A stretch of DNA of 64,000 bases from NCBI RefSeq assembly GCF_963853765.1, contig NC_088862.1, forward strand, positions 28,024,001-28,088,000, read 5' to 3'. Position 1 is the stretch's first letter. Every line of letters starts with the position of its first letter. The translations under genes were made by a program, and so were the position numbers. The notes under the pieces are model-generated. The model was not told the DNA's origin and searched no databases. It worked only from the letters and a program-made list of their open reading frames with translations. Shown in pieces: positions 37,851 through 53,453 of the stretch. The stretch comes from Magallana gigas (Eukaryota).

Positions 37851-38772
37851 CATTTTAACAAATATACACTGAAAAAAGCTAATGGCAAGGTATTTTATTT
37901 GTAAATCACTAGAATCTTTGAAAAACAAAATAATGTGTTGTGGACAGATAACCTAACAATTTTTTTCATGTGGCTTAATTTGCTTCGCAGAAATGAAGAA
38001 AAGAGTTTTAAAACGAAAAACAACAAATAGCTTAGCATGTATACCAATCACAATAAGATCAGAGAATTAAAAAATCGTGATTGGGCTTCGTCCTGTTCGA
38101 TTAGCACTTAATCTAAATACAGAATGACGTACTGAATATAAGAATTCATATGTGCTGAGGTCAATTTCCTTATACATGTATTTGGATATATGAATTTTCC
38201 CTTTAAAGATTTTTTTCATAAATAAAAATATGATAGTCTGAATACATGTGTCTGCATAATGAAAACATTCATTTGTTGTATAAGTGTTCTGGCATATCAA
38301 AATGATAAGGAAAATACTAATATGCGCTGAAAAAAACCTCTCGCATCATGTTTTCTGTCTTCAAGCTTTCTCTATGTTTGCCGTACATGTATATAAGCCA
38401 AACACCTTTTTCTAACACTTTCAATACTGTTATTACCTTTGCTGCTGTTTTTCCTTCTTACGTGCTTAACCTGTAACAGTTGCTTAAAACAATGTATGTA
38501 CTTCTTTAAAACACGCCTGAAATGAGACTCTATAAAACATGGAAAGCAGTGTAAATAGTATGTAATCCTTATCATGTCTGCAATTTAGCATCAACATTCA
38601 AATACAACTACATACAGGATGTATCTAATTGAAATTAAATTTTAATTCCTCTAATAATATGTTTTCTCAAAATATATAAGTTCCTCACTAACATGGATAT
38701 AAGGAAGAAAAATATCAGAGTGTAAATTAAGCTAAATCTGTCTTAGCAACTCTAGACATAAAATAAGAAAAC

Positions 38773-40899
38773 ATGAAATATAACGTGAGGATTGACTTTG
38801 TAATAGTGCTATTGCTGGACAGTTTTGAAGTTGCACATATGCAGATTTGTCAAGGGTGAGTAGTACTATAGAAGGATTTTACCTCCTTTTAATGGAAATC
38901 TTGAAAATAAATTCAAAACCACTTACACAAGTGAATATATATAGATGTTTTAATACGTATATTGTAGACTGAACGGAACGATGTGTTGTTTCGGTTACGA
39001 GTGGGATCAGAACCAATCAATGTGTATACGTATGTTTTACATTCTTCTTACATATAATGTATATGTAACTTTAGATGTCTTTATTTCATGAGATTAAAAA
39101 AATACCATACATTTAGATCAATACTTTTATGTTAAACATTTTAAGCTTGTAAAAAAGGATATCATGGTAAGAATTGTGACGTGAAATGTCCACCCCTATT
39201 TTTTGGATTGGGATGTCAGTCACGATGCAACTGTTCCGACAAAGACTGTGATTACATCAGCGGATGTAGGCAATTAACAGAAGGTATTTTTTCAAACAAA
39301 GTAATTTTTATTTAAACAGTTAGTACAATTATCTTTATCAATGCAAAATATGATGCTGTTTAAATAACTTTCATCTGTTTCGAGTTTTTAAGGCTGAAAG
39401 TTAACACAAAATAATTCCTACCTTACATATACATAACAAAGTGTTTAATTGTATATCATTTCAGAACAACCATATACTTTTGCAATCGGTCCAAACTACA
39501 ACGTTAAAACATCAGAACTTAATGATTATGAACACAGCTTTAATGGTAAGATAAAATGTGACCATTATTTAATATAATGTTTGTTAAAATTAATTTTGCG
39601 AGGTAAACGTTTGTTTTAGTTGTCTTCTAATACAACTGTAGCTAGATATTATACATATACCAGTTGTATAGCTACAAAGAACTACTATCGTCAAAATACT
39701 GCGATATTTCTTTATTGTAAACATAAGGGGCCGTATTAACAGTAACTTGGAAACACCTTTCAGCAGGCCTACTGTGGTTTCATTAATAATTAAGGGTATC
39801 AGTTTTCGTAGATAAAGTGAAAATCACCAATTCAATGAAAAGTTAATTCGTGGCCATTGACCCAATCAATACAAAATGTTAATAGAAAACGCACTTCAAG
39901 AACTTTTAATTGTGTGGATAAACTTAACAACGAAATCCAAGGAAATTTGTATTCAACAAATATTGATGAAACCACAGTATATATGTTCCTGTGAATTTTT
40001 CCCAGAGAAAAAATCATAATGTTTGATTAAAATTATCTTTGACATATTTTCTTTTATAATTTTTATTGTACTTCTTCCACAGATATTTGTATTTTAACTC
40101 TTTGGAATATCGTTCCATTCATATAGGAGCTTTTAAAAACTCAGTCTCATATATCAAAATATGACACGTGTAAATAGATCCAAAAAAAATTAGGGGACAT
40201 CAAAAATGAGTCCAAACTTATAATCACTATACACTACATGCAATTCTAATGATATGACTCGTAGTCGTACAATGATGGCATGCAAAGATTAAAAAAGGCC
40301 AAACAGCTTTAATATTTTTTTTTAATTCCACTTGTTAACAAAACAAAAATGACCTCGAACAGTATACGCATTTGTAAATACATCAAGTATGTTGTTTCTA
40401 AAGCATGTTTACATGAGACAGGAGTGTGCCTATAGGTATGTAATGGTAATTATATATTTTATATATTGCATAATATGCCATAATTAAATGAAAAATACAT
40501 TTTTTTTTTAGAAAATAAATCATACAAATATCAACTCGGAATTTGGACATGTTCATTTCTATTACGTTTATATCATAAAAACACGTACATAACATTAATA
40601 AATGTTTATTAGATATACACATAAGCAGATGCATATTTTGTAGCTTTAATAAGCATTCTATTTTTACTACATTTATGCAGTAATATATTTGTTTTTCAGA
40701 GAAACCCAACGATACTCTATTTGAAGACAGAACAATAATAATACAGACGTTACTCACATCCAAGGACACGGCTCATTATCAATCTAATAGTTTAATGTAT
40801 GCTATTATCGGACTTTCAGTGGCTGCTGTTTTGATAACAATTACTTATGTATACATTTGTCAACTAGAGAAGCGTAAAATGTTTACTAGCACAGTTTGA
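38773..40899 (+). CDS. Gene G: small EGF-like single-pass membrane protein
   Basis: Exons 38773-38855, 38968-39029 (LNGTMCCFGYEWDQNQSMCI), 39146-39283, 39465-39545, 40700-40899 (TM; tail LEKRKMFTSTV*). GT-AG and in frame. Confidence 0.87.
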
Positions 40900-41537
40900 A
40901 ACCTGGATGTTTTGCTTTTTATTTTTTTAAGATGGTGCTACATTGTAAATGATGCACCAATGCTTACAACTTTTATGTAATCTATCAATATTTTTCAATT
41001 TATTTTTATTCCAACTTAAGATGATCTCTCTCTGATCATTTTAAGTGACACAAATGCTACAAAGTGACAAAAATTTTTTTTGATTCATTTCTATTATTGT
41101 GTATTGCAATGTAAAGCTTCATATTGTTTGTATGATGCTCATTAAGATCAACATTCCTAATATCAGATTTCATATTTCAATTTTTTAATTTGAAGAAAAA
41201 TATCAATTGTAAACAACTTATTACTTGTAATATCTTTAGAATAAAAAAAAGTCGAATGTAAAAATAATCATCATATATTATTTTGATTGTTATAGTAAAC
41301 TGATATCTAAATTGTGTTCATTCTATATGTTTTACTTGATTATTGATAAGATATTTAATCAGGAAAAGTATATACAGAATTGTTAACCTAACTGTGGAGA
41401 CAAAATAGGAAGGAAACGGTTCCTACGAGATGTAACTGAAAGAAAAGAAAATAGTCATGCTGTGAATTATTACAAACATATCACACCACACTTATTGTTT
41501 TAAAGAAAATGACTAAGCTTAGAATTAAATTTTTCAG

Positions 41538-41690
41538 GTGTAATAGATGTTACAATTGATTTATCATCAAATCACAACCATCTGTAACAATCATTCTTAT
41601 TTATTTCACTGATTGCAATTATTGCTGTGCTCATCATAATATTAGTTGATTGTTTTACACACAGCTATTTGAAAGCGACAACTGATCGCC
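41538..41690 (+). pseudogene. Relic TM exon homologous to the last exon of gene K
   Basis: aaccatctgtaacaatcattc...attgctgtgctcatcataat...acagctatttgaaagcgac aligns with 59905-60020 but has frameshifts and stops. No upstream exons recognised. Confidence 0.65.
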
Positions 41691-42954
41691 ATGATGACTG
41701 AGGGGTATAGGCAATGATTGCATTGGTACATGTATTTTTATCGTCTTAACTCAATTAATCTGTCTTTTAAAGTAATAAAGAGACAAAAATCAAAGCATAG
41801 ATTTGGTATAGATTGGGACAATAGTCGACATTCACATATGTAGGACAATTCATTTTTAAGATCACTTTTGTTTTCACATAATCTGTTAGTGATTCCATCA
41901 AAGTAAAAGTATTTTAGAAGGAATATCAAAATATCACAAATTGAAAACGGATACAGCACTGACATTAATAATCAGGTGAAAGTCCACTAAAAGTTACTTC
42001 AGAGTGTCTGCATAACTAAGCTGTGCCATTCAGTCACCTTTCAAGACAGTTTGGTTATCATTCATCGATTAAACGACCAAAGTCAATCCTGTAAATAATG
42101 ACAGACAAAGTGAAATAAGATTTATTTTTTTTTTTCCTAAAACATAAGATCATATTACATGTAACCACCAAAAAAATGTATTTCAAATATGGTAAAGTGA
42201 AGCATAATTTCTTATATGACATATATATAAGTTATGGAATAAAAGAAAATATTTCAATTTGTCACACGTGTGTGCACTTGTGTGATGTACTCTAAACTTC
42301 TAGTATTTATCACACAAAAGGTCATCTTTCTGTATTACACTAGTAAATATTTTTGGATGGTTCTGTTATGCTCAATGCGAATTGTGAACATCATATTGAA
42401 AATTTATTTTTTAAAGCACTTTTTCTTATGAGCAACAGGGAACGGATAAGTGCATTTGTATATGATCAAATTAAATTATCAGACCATGTGCCATTTGATA
42501 TTTATTTTTTTTATGACCAAATATATCTTATATACAGGAGATCTTTAAAATCTTTATTGTTGTGGTGTAGGATACTTAAAATTATGGAAAAACGAAACCA
42601 AAATTTAATTGCATATTGATAGAACGATGAAACTACAGGGAATACAAGTTTATCTAAATTTATTTGTACATGTAATTCACAAGAGAAAATTTAAAAGATT
42701 TCAAACGAGGAAATACAATATAAATTGATAAAATCAAAAATACATAAACAAACCAAAATACCAACAGTACCATTTCGGAATGTTACAATTAATTTGCTGT
42801 ATTTTTTTCCTCGAGATGTTTATATAATTACAAAGTTTTACAAGTATAAGGAAAATGTGGATTGAGTTGTATTCTATTAACATAAAAGATTCTGATTTTC
42901 ATTTTATATTTAAACAAGTACAGTTTTTTAAACCGATTTTTCTTCGGCAAAACA

Positions 42955-44965
42955 ATGACAATACAAAAGTTTTGCTTTGTTTTGCTAAATCAAATATTTC
43001 TAATTCAATCTGACCTGTGTCCAGGGTAAGATATTTTATTTTGGCTGCTTGAAACTTATCAATTTTTTTGGGGGGGGAATCAACTTTTGTCTAACATTTT
43101 AAGTTCAATATTTAAGAGAAAATGACAGAAAATGTTGTATTGGATTCAAGTGGAATGGTGCACTTAAGATATGTTTACGTAAGTACAATTACATGTATTA
43201 TGCTGTCCTTACTATTTGTATTAATTTTAAATTTAGAGATAACGACCAAATTGTATTTATATATTATTCATACACTTATTTTTCTTTAACATTTTAATCT
43301 TGTTTACTAGCGTGTGATGCGGGATATTATGGACGTAACTGTAGCTCAAAGTGCCGCTTCCCTTGGTATGGATTAAACTGTATATCATACTGTAACTGTT
43401 CTGCAATCGACTGTCACCATGTCTACGGATGTGTGAAGTCCGATGATGGTATTGTATTTTTTCTTTTTTTTATTTCCTACTGTATTCACATCTTTTAATT
43501 TTACATTTATCATATAAAAAGTGCCTGTTTGGGAGGGTAAGAGTTGAAATTGACACCCCGAGAAAACCGACGCGAAGCGGAGGTTGACAATGGTTTTTGA
43601 GGGTTGTTAATTTCAATTCCTACCTTCCTAAATAGGCACCATTTATTTTATTATACTGAATGTCTTAATTTCAAAGAATCAGATTTCAGTATTTAACATT
43701 AAAGTATGATAACAACATATACCTCATTAAACCAGGGATATTTTAATTGCACGTGTATATCTGTTGTATAAAAGTTATGAAGGTATCGAGCTTTGCACAA
43801 TAGATTTGTATGTTTTTCTGCATTGATTAATACCTTCATAGAACGCATGGAACACAACAGAAGTGATTTACCTTTTTATAATTTTATCTACTTTTAAATT
43901 ATTAATTTCAATCAATGACAAAAAAAAAAAAATTAGTATCAGTATTGTCTATCAGCATTTTAGACAGACGGAATAGTATTTTTGATAGATAAAAAAAGAT
44001 AGATTGTTGTATCCATAACTACTTGCAAGTCCATTAAGTTTACTGCATTATCCCATTGTAGCTTCATTTTTGATCGACAACAAAAAATGTACATAAAGTT
44101 AGCAAGTACAAAATCAATATCATTAACCAATTTAGATATCGTTTATTGTAGCTACAGTACTGATCAGAAGTAGTTTTGAAAGCAGACACTATACGTGTAT
44201 TTGAAACATACAAGGGCAGGAATTACAGACAGTAAGATGATAAAATAAAAGACGGGTCTGCTTCATGCTCCAGTGCGTACACCAAAACTCCAAAATTAAA
44301 TCCCTAGCAAACCCAAACGAAACCCCAAGTGGACCTAAAAACCTAGTGGACGCAAATTTTAAAAAAAGCTGACCCAGATTAAACCCCAAGTAAACCCCGG
44401 AAGTAAACGTAGGGTTTAGTTGGGCTCTGCTTTGGTGTTAGGTTGGGTCTGGTCAGTACTGGACTTTATCAAATCTGAAAATTATTTAGTCAAACAATGC
44501 ATTTAAAAACTCTTGCAAAAGTAAGTACATTCAAATGTGAGCAGATCGTTTTCCTTGATAGCAAAATGTCATACTGGTTAGTTTATATGAATGAAGATAT
44601 ATTTTCTTTAAAGGCAAGTATAGTATAAAAACCCAGCAAAGAGTAATCAAATAAAATAGTTGTATCTGTCTCTCTATTCCCATGTATGTTATTACATTAT
44701 TTTAATCATTTTATAACAGAAATGCTATTATTATACCTAAAATCATATCAAAACTTTTTTTACATTTTTTTTTACAGCAAATGTAACCACTACTGACTAT
44801 TTATATGAATTTGTGACGGTTATCAGCAAAAAAGAAGAGGAACCATTCAAAATTAATGGTGCTGTATACTCAATCATCGGACTTGCAGCAACTTCTGTTC
44901 TGTTAATAATTCTATATCTGTGTTCACACCTACAATGTACTAGAGAAAAGCTAGGTTCGAAATAA
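42955..44965 (+). CDS. Gene H: small EGF-like membrane protein (4 exons, no stalk exon found)
   Basis: Exons 42955-43025, 43117-43178 (CCIGFKWNGALKICL), 43311-43448, 44778-44965 (TM YSIIGLAATSVLLIILYLC). Confidence 0.83.
43521..43639. mobile_element. Palindromic foldback mini-element (partial second copy at ~15530-15606)
   Basis: Arm gtgcctgtttgggagggtaagagttgaaattgacacccc pairs with gagggttgttaatttcaattcctaccttcctaaataggcac. The same arm and core motif gtcaacct..gcttcgcgtcg occur near 15560-15606. Confidence 0.7.
44155..44461. mobile_element. Tc1/mariner-like MITE with GGGTTTACTTT-type internal repeats
   Basis: TIR cagtactga(t/c)caga with a left TA flank. Related copy in opposite orientation at 60785-61218 sharing gaagcagacccgtcttttat. 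Confidence 0.65.
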
Positions 44966-47558
44966 GACCTCTTATTATATTTTTAAATATTCACAATTAT
45001 ATGATTTAAGTTTCCAATAGCATCTGCTTATGAATTTTTCCGAGATTCTGTGTTATGTTCAGATGTAATCTGGATTTATTTGTTGCGCAACCGTTTTAGA
45101 GATTATAATACAGCTTTTGCCTCGTAAGCACCGTGCACAAATTTGTCGAACCACGTTCCGTCAGGTTTTATTTGTGATACAGACACCCCACAGTGTATGG
45201 TTTTTTTTAACTTATAAACAGTAAACTCTTTTATTATGCGATTTGATTGGTATGCAAAGAACTGAAGTACTGACAAGAGGTTGAATTTATTGATTATTAT
45301 TTATTTTGATATGAACATGTTTCGCATGGCAAGTACGTTTTTAGGTGTATTTGAATTATTACGCACATTGTTATCTTACGTGAATTATCGGGCTTTTCTG
45401 ACAAGAATTCCGAGCTATAGACGAAAAATTCACTGTGAGTCACGTTGTGTAATATTCAAAGGTAGAATAACACCGTCACACTCTACGTATATTGTGTGTC
45501 AGTAAGCGAAATATTTCTGCAAAAGTGTATCTAAGCAATATTTAATAAAATGATAATAAGGTTTCAGTACTAGTTCTAACTTTATATTGGATAGTCTCTC
45601 GCTACCACTGTAATCAAACTCTGGCGTAGGAATACATACGACAACAAAAATATCTAAATTGTTCATACTTTTAAAAAACCTGATTAGTTTTAGGATATTT
45701 ATAAGTAAGTTTCCTGGAAAACAATGCCTCTAAATACATTGAATCGAATTTATAGATTATTCTTAAGTACTACGTTTCGTCAGAGTTGATTATTTGTGGT
45801 TTAATCCAAACATTGTTTTACTTCCGGTTTGCCAGAGTAACTGCATGGGAGAGTTGATTAAAATCAACTCCAAAAAATTAAACCAAGTTTGTTAATTAAT
45901 AAAAACTTATTGGTTGTCAATTTTGTTTGAAATATTAAGTTACCCGTTCACGCATTTCCTCGTTTTGTGTAAATTAAATAGAAGTAGACTGATACAATTA
46001 TAGTACTAACAAATATTCTAGCTAGGAATGTAAAATAATACTTGATAACACAGTTATTTATTGATATGAAATACCTTTGTTTCTTTTGTATAAATATCCA
46101 TCTGACATATATAACAGTGATTTCCCATTACTGTTTTGCAATGCAACAAATGCATCTAATCATTTTACAACTTGCGAAATAAATAAACTTTTGTGTTTAG
46201 TGTAAAAATAGATCACTCCGATATGCTGTATGACCATATATCTACATTATAAATCATTGTTTAAGTTCCTTGTTTTAGAAATGATGATATATAAATAAGC
46301 CATGAAAATTATGCGATTAATAACATCCCCTTTGTCCACAAAAACCCTACATAGGAAATTGATAAGCTGATTTTTAATTGATTATTTTTTTCATATCTAT
46401 GCATATCATAAAAACAACTTTTTACTTTGTAGGGTTTGTTTTCATCATATTTCTATACTAAATAGATATGATGTTTTGTGTTTAAGTGTGACATTGAGTA
46501 AATAGTTATCGATCTTGATGAGACTAATAATAGTACTTTGAGAGTTCATGTTCTTTTTTTATTGCAGCCATTACACACCTCTGTAGGCAATTGTTGCCTT
46601 TTTCAGTGTTATGTATCATTAATTTTTTTTAATCATTTTTTTTATTTAGTTGTATTGATTTTGGTTTTTTTATAACAATGTTTTCGTGTGTTGAATCGTA
46701 TTACTAATATGACTTCATTAGTACGCGTAATGTAATAAATGTAACAATGTAATTGGGTCTCTTTAAAATAAAGCACGTGAATGCATGTTTGCACAAGGCT
46801 TTCAGTAAATATTAAAGTATTTTGTTTCAAAATAATATCAAAACATTTGCGATTGGGCAAAGATCTTTATTATACCTAAAGATATTCTATCGTCCACTCG
46901 ATTGTTACAGAAACGTTTTTCTTGTAGATTAAATAAATGAATTCCATCTATATGTAAACAGTTCTTTAGAAGTATTACTTTATAATAAAAATCGCTCAAA
47001 AAGTCAAAACAGTCTATATTCAACAAAACCACATTTCAATGAAATATGTTACAAACAACACATTACTCAAGAGCAATTATTTGGTTGAGATTAATTTACA
47101 TATATATAAGTGTCAATCACAATGTGTACTCTTTCATTACTGATAATTTTACGCCTATAACATGTACAGTAAATGACTCTTCACATTAAAATCCTTTATT
47201 TTGCATTTTATCAACTACCATTAGCGTTATTTTAAAGAGTTTTTTTTTTATTAAAGCTCTTAGTGTTCTGTTGTTTAAAGTTGAGAATATTTCCAGCGAT
47301 ATTATTCGTTTCTTCGGCTTTATAAATGCAATTGCATAACACATGTGTCAATTTAAAAGTTTAATGAAGTATCATCATTACCTATTTCCGCTTTTAAGTA
47401 TTTACATTAAAACAATTTGTTTCAGTCAATATTATAACAATGAACAAGGACAAAGAGCGTAATATTAAATATCACTAATCCACGTGAACGGTTTATCAAC
47501 GTTTTCTTTCATATGGATTAAAATGGACAAGAAGAAATATTCAGAACCAGTAACAAAT

Positions 47559-49480
47559 ATGAGGACGATTTACACTGTTTTTGTTATACTGTTTCAAATC
47601 TTTGTAGTTGGGTCCTTGCACTTATGCAGCAAGTGAGTAAAAATTACTTTTTTAATGACTATTTCAGAATTGTGTTTAACCTAACTACTCACAACTGTAT
47701 TTTTTACAACTTTGTAGCACAGATGGAACGTTGAGTTGTTGCCAAGCGTACAAGTTGGATCATGCACAAACAAGATGTATACGTATGGTTTTTTTATTCC
47801 ATACAAATATGCTAAATAATCAGGGGTAATCTATCTAATTCCAAAGCGTAAACATTTTCTTAAGAGCCTTTCACATGAACAGCATCTTGAACAGGAAAAT
47901 TGATTGAATATATTATTAATTAAACGTATTTCATGAAACATGTCAACATTATAACAAATTCATTGAACATTATTGTCATTTGATTTAGCATGTGATAACG
48001 GATTTACTGGAATAAACTGTGTCACCAAGTGTCAATATCCTTCGTATGGACAAGGCTGTCAGTCTTTGTGTGACTGTAATGCTACAGTTTGTGATTCTGT
48101 CAATGGTTGTATTAATGCTTCAGAAAGTAAGATTCCATATCAGTATTATCCATTGAGCTCTATTTGACACATGATTTCAAATAATAATAATAAAGTTGAG
48201 GATTTCATACGTTTGCGTATAATAGCAATCTATCCTTTTTTTCCCCCATAATATTTGTTGTACATAAAGAATAATTGTTTTGCAATTCCTGTGATGTAAC
48301 AAAGATAAAAATAATTCTGTGTAAGAAATTATGATTGTTTTGCATAAAAGCGTGTTATTTATATTGTAGATCATCAGATTCAATCTACAATACACATAAA
48401 CTACAAGAATGCCACAAAAGAACTTATGATTACTATGAAAGATAATGTCAATAATGGTCAAAGTAGGTACTATTCTGCATTAGTCAAATATCATTTAATT
48501 TTTTAAATTTGTCTGTATTTTGCCTATTTTGAACGGCAGAGTATTACTACTGAACGAGAACACATACATGTGACAGATTTAGAAAGACACGCATTCCCTG
48601 GCTACAACAACTTGTACAAGAAAGCGTTGCGAAATTTCATGACATTTTTCAATATCACTCCTCGGGGTAGAATTATTTTATATATATATACTTTGATTAT
48701 AATTAAAGTGTATGTGTGTGTTACACTCATACAAAGTATATGATCAACTATAACAGCGTATCATTTAATTACTAATAATAATTTTTCTGTGAAAGTCGTC
48801 TTTAATCCATTTATAACATTAAAGAATTAGGTGAGAACAAAGAGAGGCTGGTTTCTATTCCCCAAATACTAACAAATTGAATATAAAATGTATTAATGCT
48901 AAAGAGTTTCTTATTATATGTGCATAAGATATGATTACATCAAGTATCGTTATATCAAAACATACTGTTAATAGAATTGTTTGTATTGTATATCTAATGT
49001 TATACGTCATATATGATATCGGTACAGCATTTATACATTCATTAATGATATTTTTAGTAATTATAGACTACATTCACATATTCATATTTCTGAATACGTA
49101 AGTGTCTTTTAAAAATATTTACAATGAGACCAGATGTTTTCGGTGTGAAATTATCCATGAAATGCTTAAATACTTTTGAAAAATCCTTTTTAGGTATGCA
49201 TGCCAATCTTGACTTTACAAATTGAAATAAACATATCGACCGTTAATATTTATGGGTTTTTTTTATTTGTGGTATTTTTTTAGGTACTTCCAATGTTACG
49301 GACAATACAGCAAAAAACGACACTTCTTCGTGCTATAAGGAAACGGAATCTAGTAGGGTTCACAGATTAATGTTTGCAGTAATTGGACTAACATCAGTGT
49401 CTTTTATCATTTATATGGTGTATATTTACACACGAGTACTAGGAAAACGTCAAACAAATACTAGCGCATTCGAAGGATGA
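47559..49480 (+). CDS. Gene I: small EGF-like single-pass membrane protein
   Basis: Exons 47559-47632 (alternative in-frame ATG at 47523), 47718-47782 (CCQAYKLDHAQTRCI), 47989-48126, 49284-49480 (TM; YTRVLGKRQ tail). Confidence 0.83.
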
Positions 49481-51386
49481 AAGTCTGTCACTCAGTCAAC
49501 TGAATGCTCAATTATCTGTCTGTGAAATTTATTAAATGGCAAAGTTATGCTATTCAATCACATTTTATTTACCTTTTAGACAGCTTGCAGTTGTTTTATT
49601 CCGTGTGATTTTTGCGTAATACGTTTTTAAATGGTCCGAAACAATTTTTGCCTTTTTAAGCAAATAAAAAAAAGCAACGTGTCCAATTGATTGAAGTTTT
49701 GATTTCAACTTCAAGGTAAATCATATTTATGTGTGTTAAACAAGATACAAAATTGATTACTTTACAAACGACAACGATTTTGAGCCATTGAACGTTATAT
49801 TATATATATTTTTTTTTTTGCTTATTAAACGGCCAGTACTTGACTTTCTTAATAATATTGATATGATATCCTTTTTCTCCGGAAGATATCTTACACTGAT
49901 TTGCTGATTTTAAAAATGAAGTAAAAAATTACGAAACAATATGTTGTAAACCAACTGTTATTGGTGACTGCTTCCTTTTTTTATTCTCAAGCGATCGAAT
50001 TGTATGCAGTTTTTTATATTCGTGTCAAAGTATTTCGGTTTGTGGTCAACATTCAAGGTAAGTTTCACGACAAAAACAAATCTTGCAAACCACTCGTGAT
50101 ATATCGGCAAACGATCAAAAGATGATTTTACAATATTCAAATAATATGGTATAAAACTACATGTAGTACTCAAACTAAACATCTATTGGAATCATGTTAT
50201 TTACTGCTAGTACAATGGCATAAAAAGATAAAAAGATTGGTTCTAGATAAATATTTTTTTTAAGTCATGTAGCTTAATATCATAGTAATTTCCTGATAAA
50301 TGTGACATGAAATTCAAACTGGGAGTGAAAACATGATCTTGACTTTATGCATATTTTGTTTTACAACTACATTGTACTGAAGCAGTCTAATATGTATCCT
50401 AATTAAAACGTCTACTAAAAAGAAGTTAACGTGTGAACATGAATTTAGATTTTTGCAATAAAATATCATATTTGATGTACGATACGAGTTTATTCCGAGA
50501 AAATGTATTATCTCCAGAACAACTTCCGTTCAAACATATAACGCTGTTCAGTCACCAATGTAATTTGTGGACCAATTTTAGCGGATTTTGTTTGGAGTTT
50601 ATCCCTCGAATTAATTGATCATTGAATCGTTATTTTTAATAGCGCATTGTATTAAGAGAATTGTTGGCAAGGAGTTTTCGTATCTTTAAAACTGTGATTT
50701 TATCTAAATTTCTTAAAATTGACGAATATCAGTGTAACCACAGTGCTCAGTCTAAACTTGACATAATCTCAGATATCTTAGATTTCTTTCTGTTTTCCGA
50801 AAATGTCGCCGTTATGAATTGTTCGTGCTCTTACCTGGACTGTATGACTGTATCTGATTGCGAAATGGCAGTTTTGCGATTTTATGTGTCGCTAAATTGG
50901 TTGAAAATGAAACCGACAAACATGTATTGACACAAAAAAGGTATTGTGCTCACAAGAGACTCTTTTTAGAAGCATATATCATGGTATTATAAATATGCAT
51001 GTAAGGTTACCTTCCTTTAATTTGCTTTGATTTAATCTAACTTTATTAATTAAATTTGAATTAATAGTTCTTAAACCAAAATACCAAATCATTTTCTGTG
51101 ATCGGATTAAGTATAGTGTGAACTTTGCTTCATTTGTTTTTTTATTTATTTTAATCATCTAATGGATTAATATCTCTATATATGTTTGTACACTTCCTTT
51201 TCTTATTAAGATTAAATTTTCATTAAAAAAAAATTGAAGTAATCAATATTAATATTTGTACATGTATATACAGTTTGAAAGCTAGAAATTTATATTGTAG
51301 GCAATAAACGGTAGCGCATGATGGGGGTATTTGATTCGTGCTCATTGAACATGTTATGCATCGGTTTGATATTTCTTTTATTTTAA

Positions 51387-51738
51387 AGCAATATAAGCTG
51401 CCTTTTTTAATGCTGATTTTCTTTTACGAAAATGTTATTTTTTTACTAACATGACAAAAAATGTTATGGTCTTAAAAATTTCTGTTAACCATAATTTTGT
51501 GGGGAAAGCCTTTAAGAATGTTTAATGAAAGCAAAACTAAATTATTGTCGTCCTGTACAAAAATTGATCTACTATATGTTCCTAAGAGGAGAAATCTCCC
51601 TTTTCACAAAAATTAATGATTTATAAAAGTCTTGAATATCATAAAAGTTTAAGTTACATGCAGACTTATCATACTACATGTAGCAGGTTATAATTTATTG
51701 CAGCAAAATAAATTTCAAAAAATACAGCTCATATTGCT
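51387..51738. mobile_element. Kolobok-like MITE, second copy
   Basis: ttaa|agcaatataagctg ... cagctcatattgct|ttaa; internally colinear with 27025-27360. Confidence 0.78.
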
Positions 51739-53305
51739 TTAATCGTGTATTACATGTACATTTAACTAATATTAAAAATCTTGTTTAGGTCAAAATGCTT
51801 AACTGCGTGTAGATTGTTATACATTCTCGTGTTCTTCGTTTTTCATGCTAAAGCAAAAAAAAAAGGGATATCATTGTTTTTTAAAACAAAATGGTAGTTT
51901 ACGCAAAATGCATTGAAATAAAAATAATTTGCATCTTCAATCAAACTAAAATTCACACAAACCAATCTCCCGCATTACAAATATATGCCATTTTAGTGTA
52001 TTTGCCACTCATTTGAACACGCACAGAAAAACAGGAAGTATCGGTATGTTCCAAGATATTTTTGAACAAATTAGAATAAGATTAAACTTCCAATTTTTAT
52101 ATCTGCAATGCCAGTATGTAATTAACAATCTGAAGCTTCTTATTAATAATAAAAGAATAAAACATACCAAACGGATTGCTCAATTAAAAACAGGTGAACA
52201 AATGATAAATGAATACAAGTTCTAACCGTTTCCAAAAAAGGTATCACTTTTTGACTTGCTATGCTGTTGTATTTGATATCTTATAAATATAACATGGTCA
52301 AGTCAAATATATATATCATAATAAACCGATCATATATTACAAGTCTTGATTCTAAAAAATACAGTTAAGTAGGTATACTTTAATCACACGACATACATAT
52401 CGACATAACTTTCACTATTACTGTAAGAAGTATTCAAAATTCTCTTTTCATCAACTTTTTTTTTCATTTTATGCTACATTTATGATACATTTATGATACA
52501 TTGTTAGTTTGTTTTATAGTATCTTTAGTGATACAGTGCAACTCAATGTTTCACAATGTTATGTCATTTGTTCGGGACATCTGTAAAAAAAAAAACGTTT
52601 TAAGAGAAAAAAGCACTTGTCAATCGTATTAAATAGCCATAAAAGTCATTTAATACAGGTAACTCTGATACTCATTTAAAAGAAACGTTGTCAGAGACCG
52701 GAATATGATTTAAAGAAAGAAAATCAATTCCACAATTTTGAAAAGTAATTCAAACTCTTGTACATACACTGTACATGTATAACAAAATTTAGATGCAATA
52801 GAAAATATCGTCGTTTTGAATTGAATCTGTGATTTGATGGACATGCTTGAAGTGAATATATATTTTAGGGTGAATAAATAAAATATTCATATTGATTATA
52901 TCAAAAATTGTTAAAAAATTTTGAAACACAAAGTCTCTCCGTTATAGCTTAATTTATGTTTGAATATGAGGGTAAATCCTGCTACATGTACCATGGTTTA
53001 GATTAGGGTTAGGGTGAGACAGACCTTGCACAAAACAGATGTAAATGTACGTTGTAAATGGGTTTTTTTTTATAAATTACTTACATGTGCAACATCAAGG
53101 GTTTCCTGATGTTTGCATCATCAGTTTATTGCAAATCGTTATGGGTTTTTTTTTTGCATACATGGTTGTCCAAACGATTAGACTTTTGTTTTCAATATAT
53201 TTTATGCCAGGTGATGCAATTGAATAAAAATGTGTAACTCTCGTGTAACATGTACGTATATTAGTCATGTCAATCTCCCTTCCTCTATCTATCTCCTCTG
53301 TCTCT

Positions 53306-53453
53306 NNNNNNNNNNNNNNNNNNNNNNNNNNNNNNNNNNNNNNNNNNNNNNNNNNNNNNNNNNNNNNNNNNNNNNNNNNNNNNNNNNNNNNNNNNNNNNN
53401 NNNNNNNNNNNNNNNNNNNNNNNNNNNNNNNNNNNNNNNNNNNNNNNNNNNNN
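53306..53453. other. Assembly gap (N run)
   Basis: Direct read. Confidence 1.

Noticed and set aside
48540-49097. Possible stalk exons in gene I (from 48540/48542, or 49067-49097)
   Set aside because: Stops in the required phase or lengths not divisible by 3; not supportable without transcripts.
53003-53014. TTAGGG x2 as an interstitial telomeric repeat
   Set aside because: Only two units; expected by chance.
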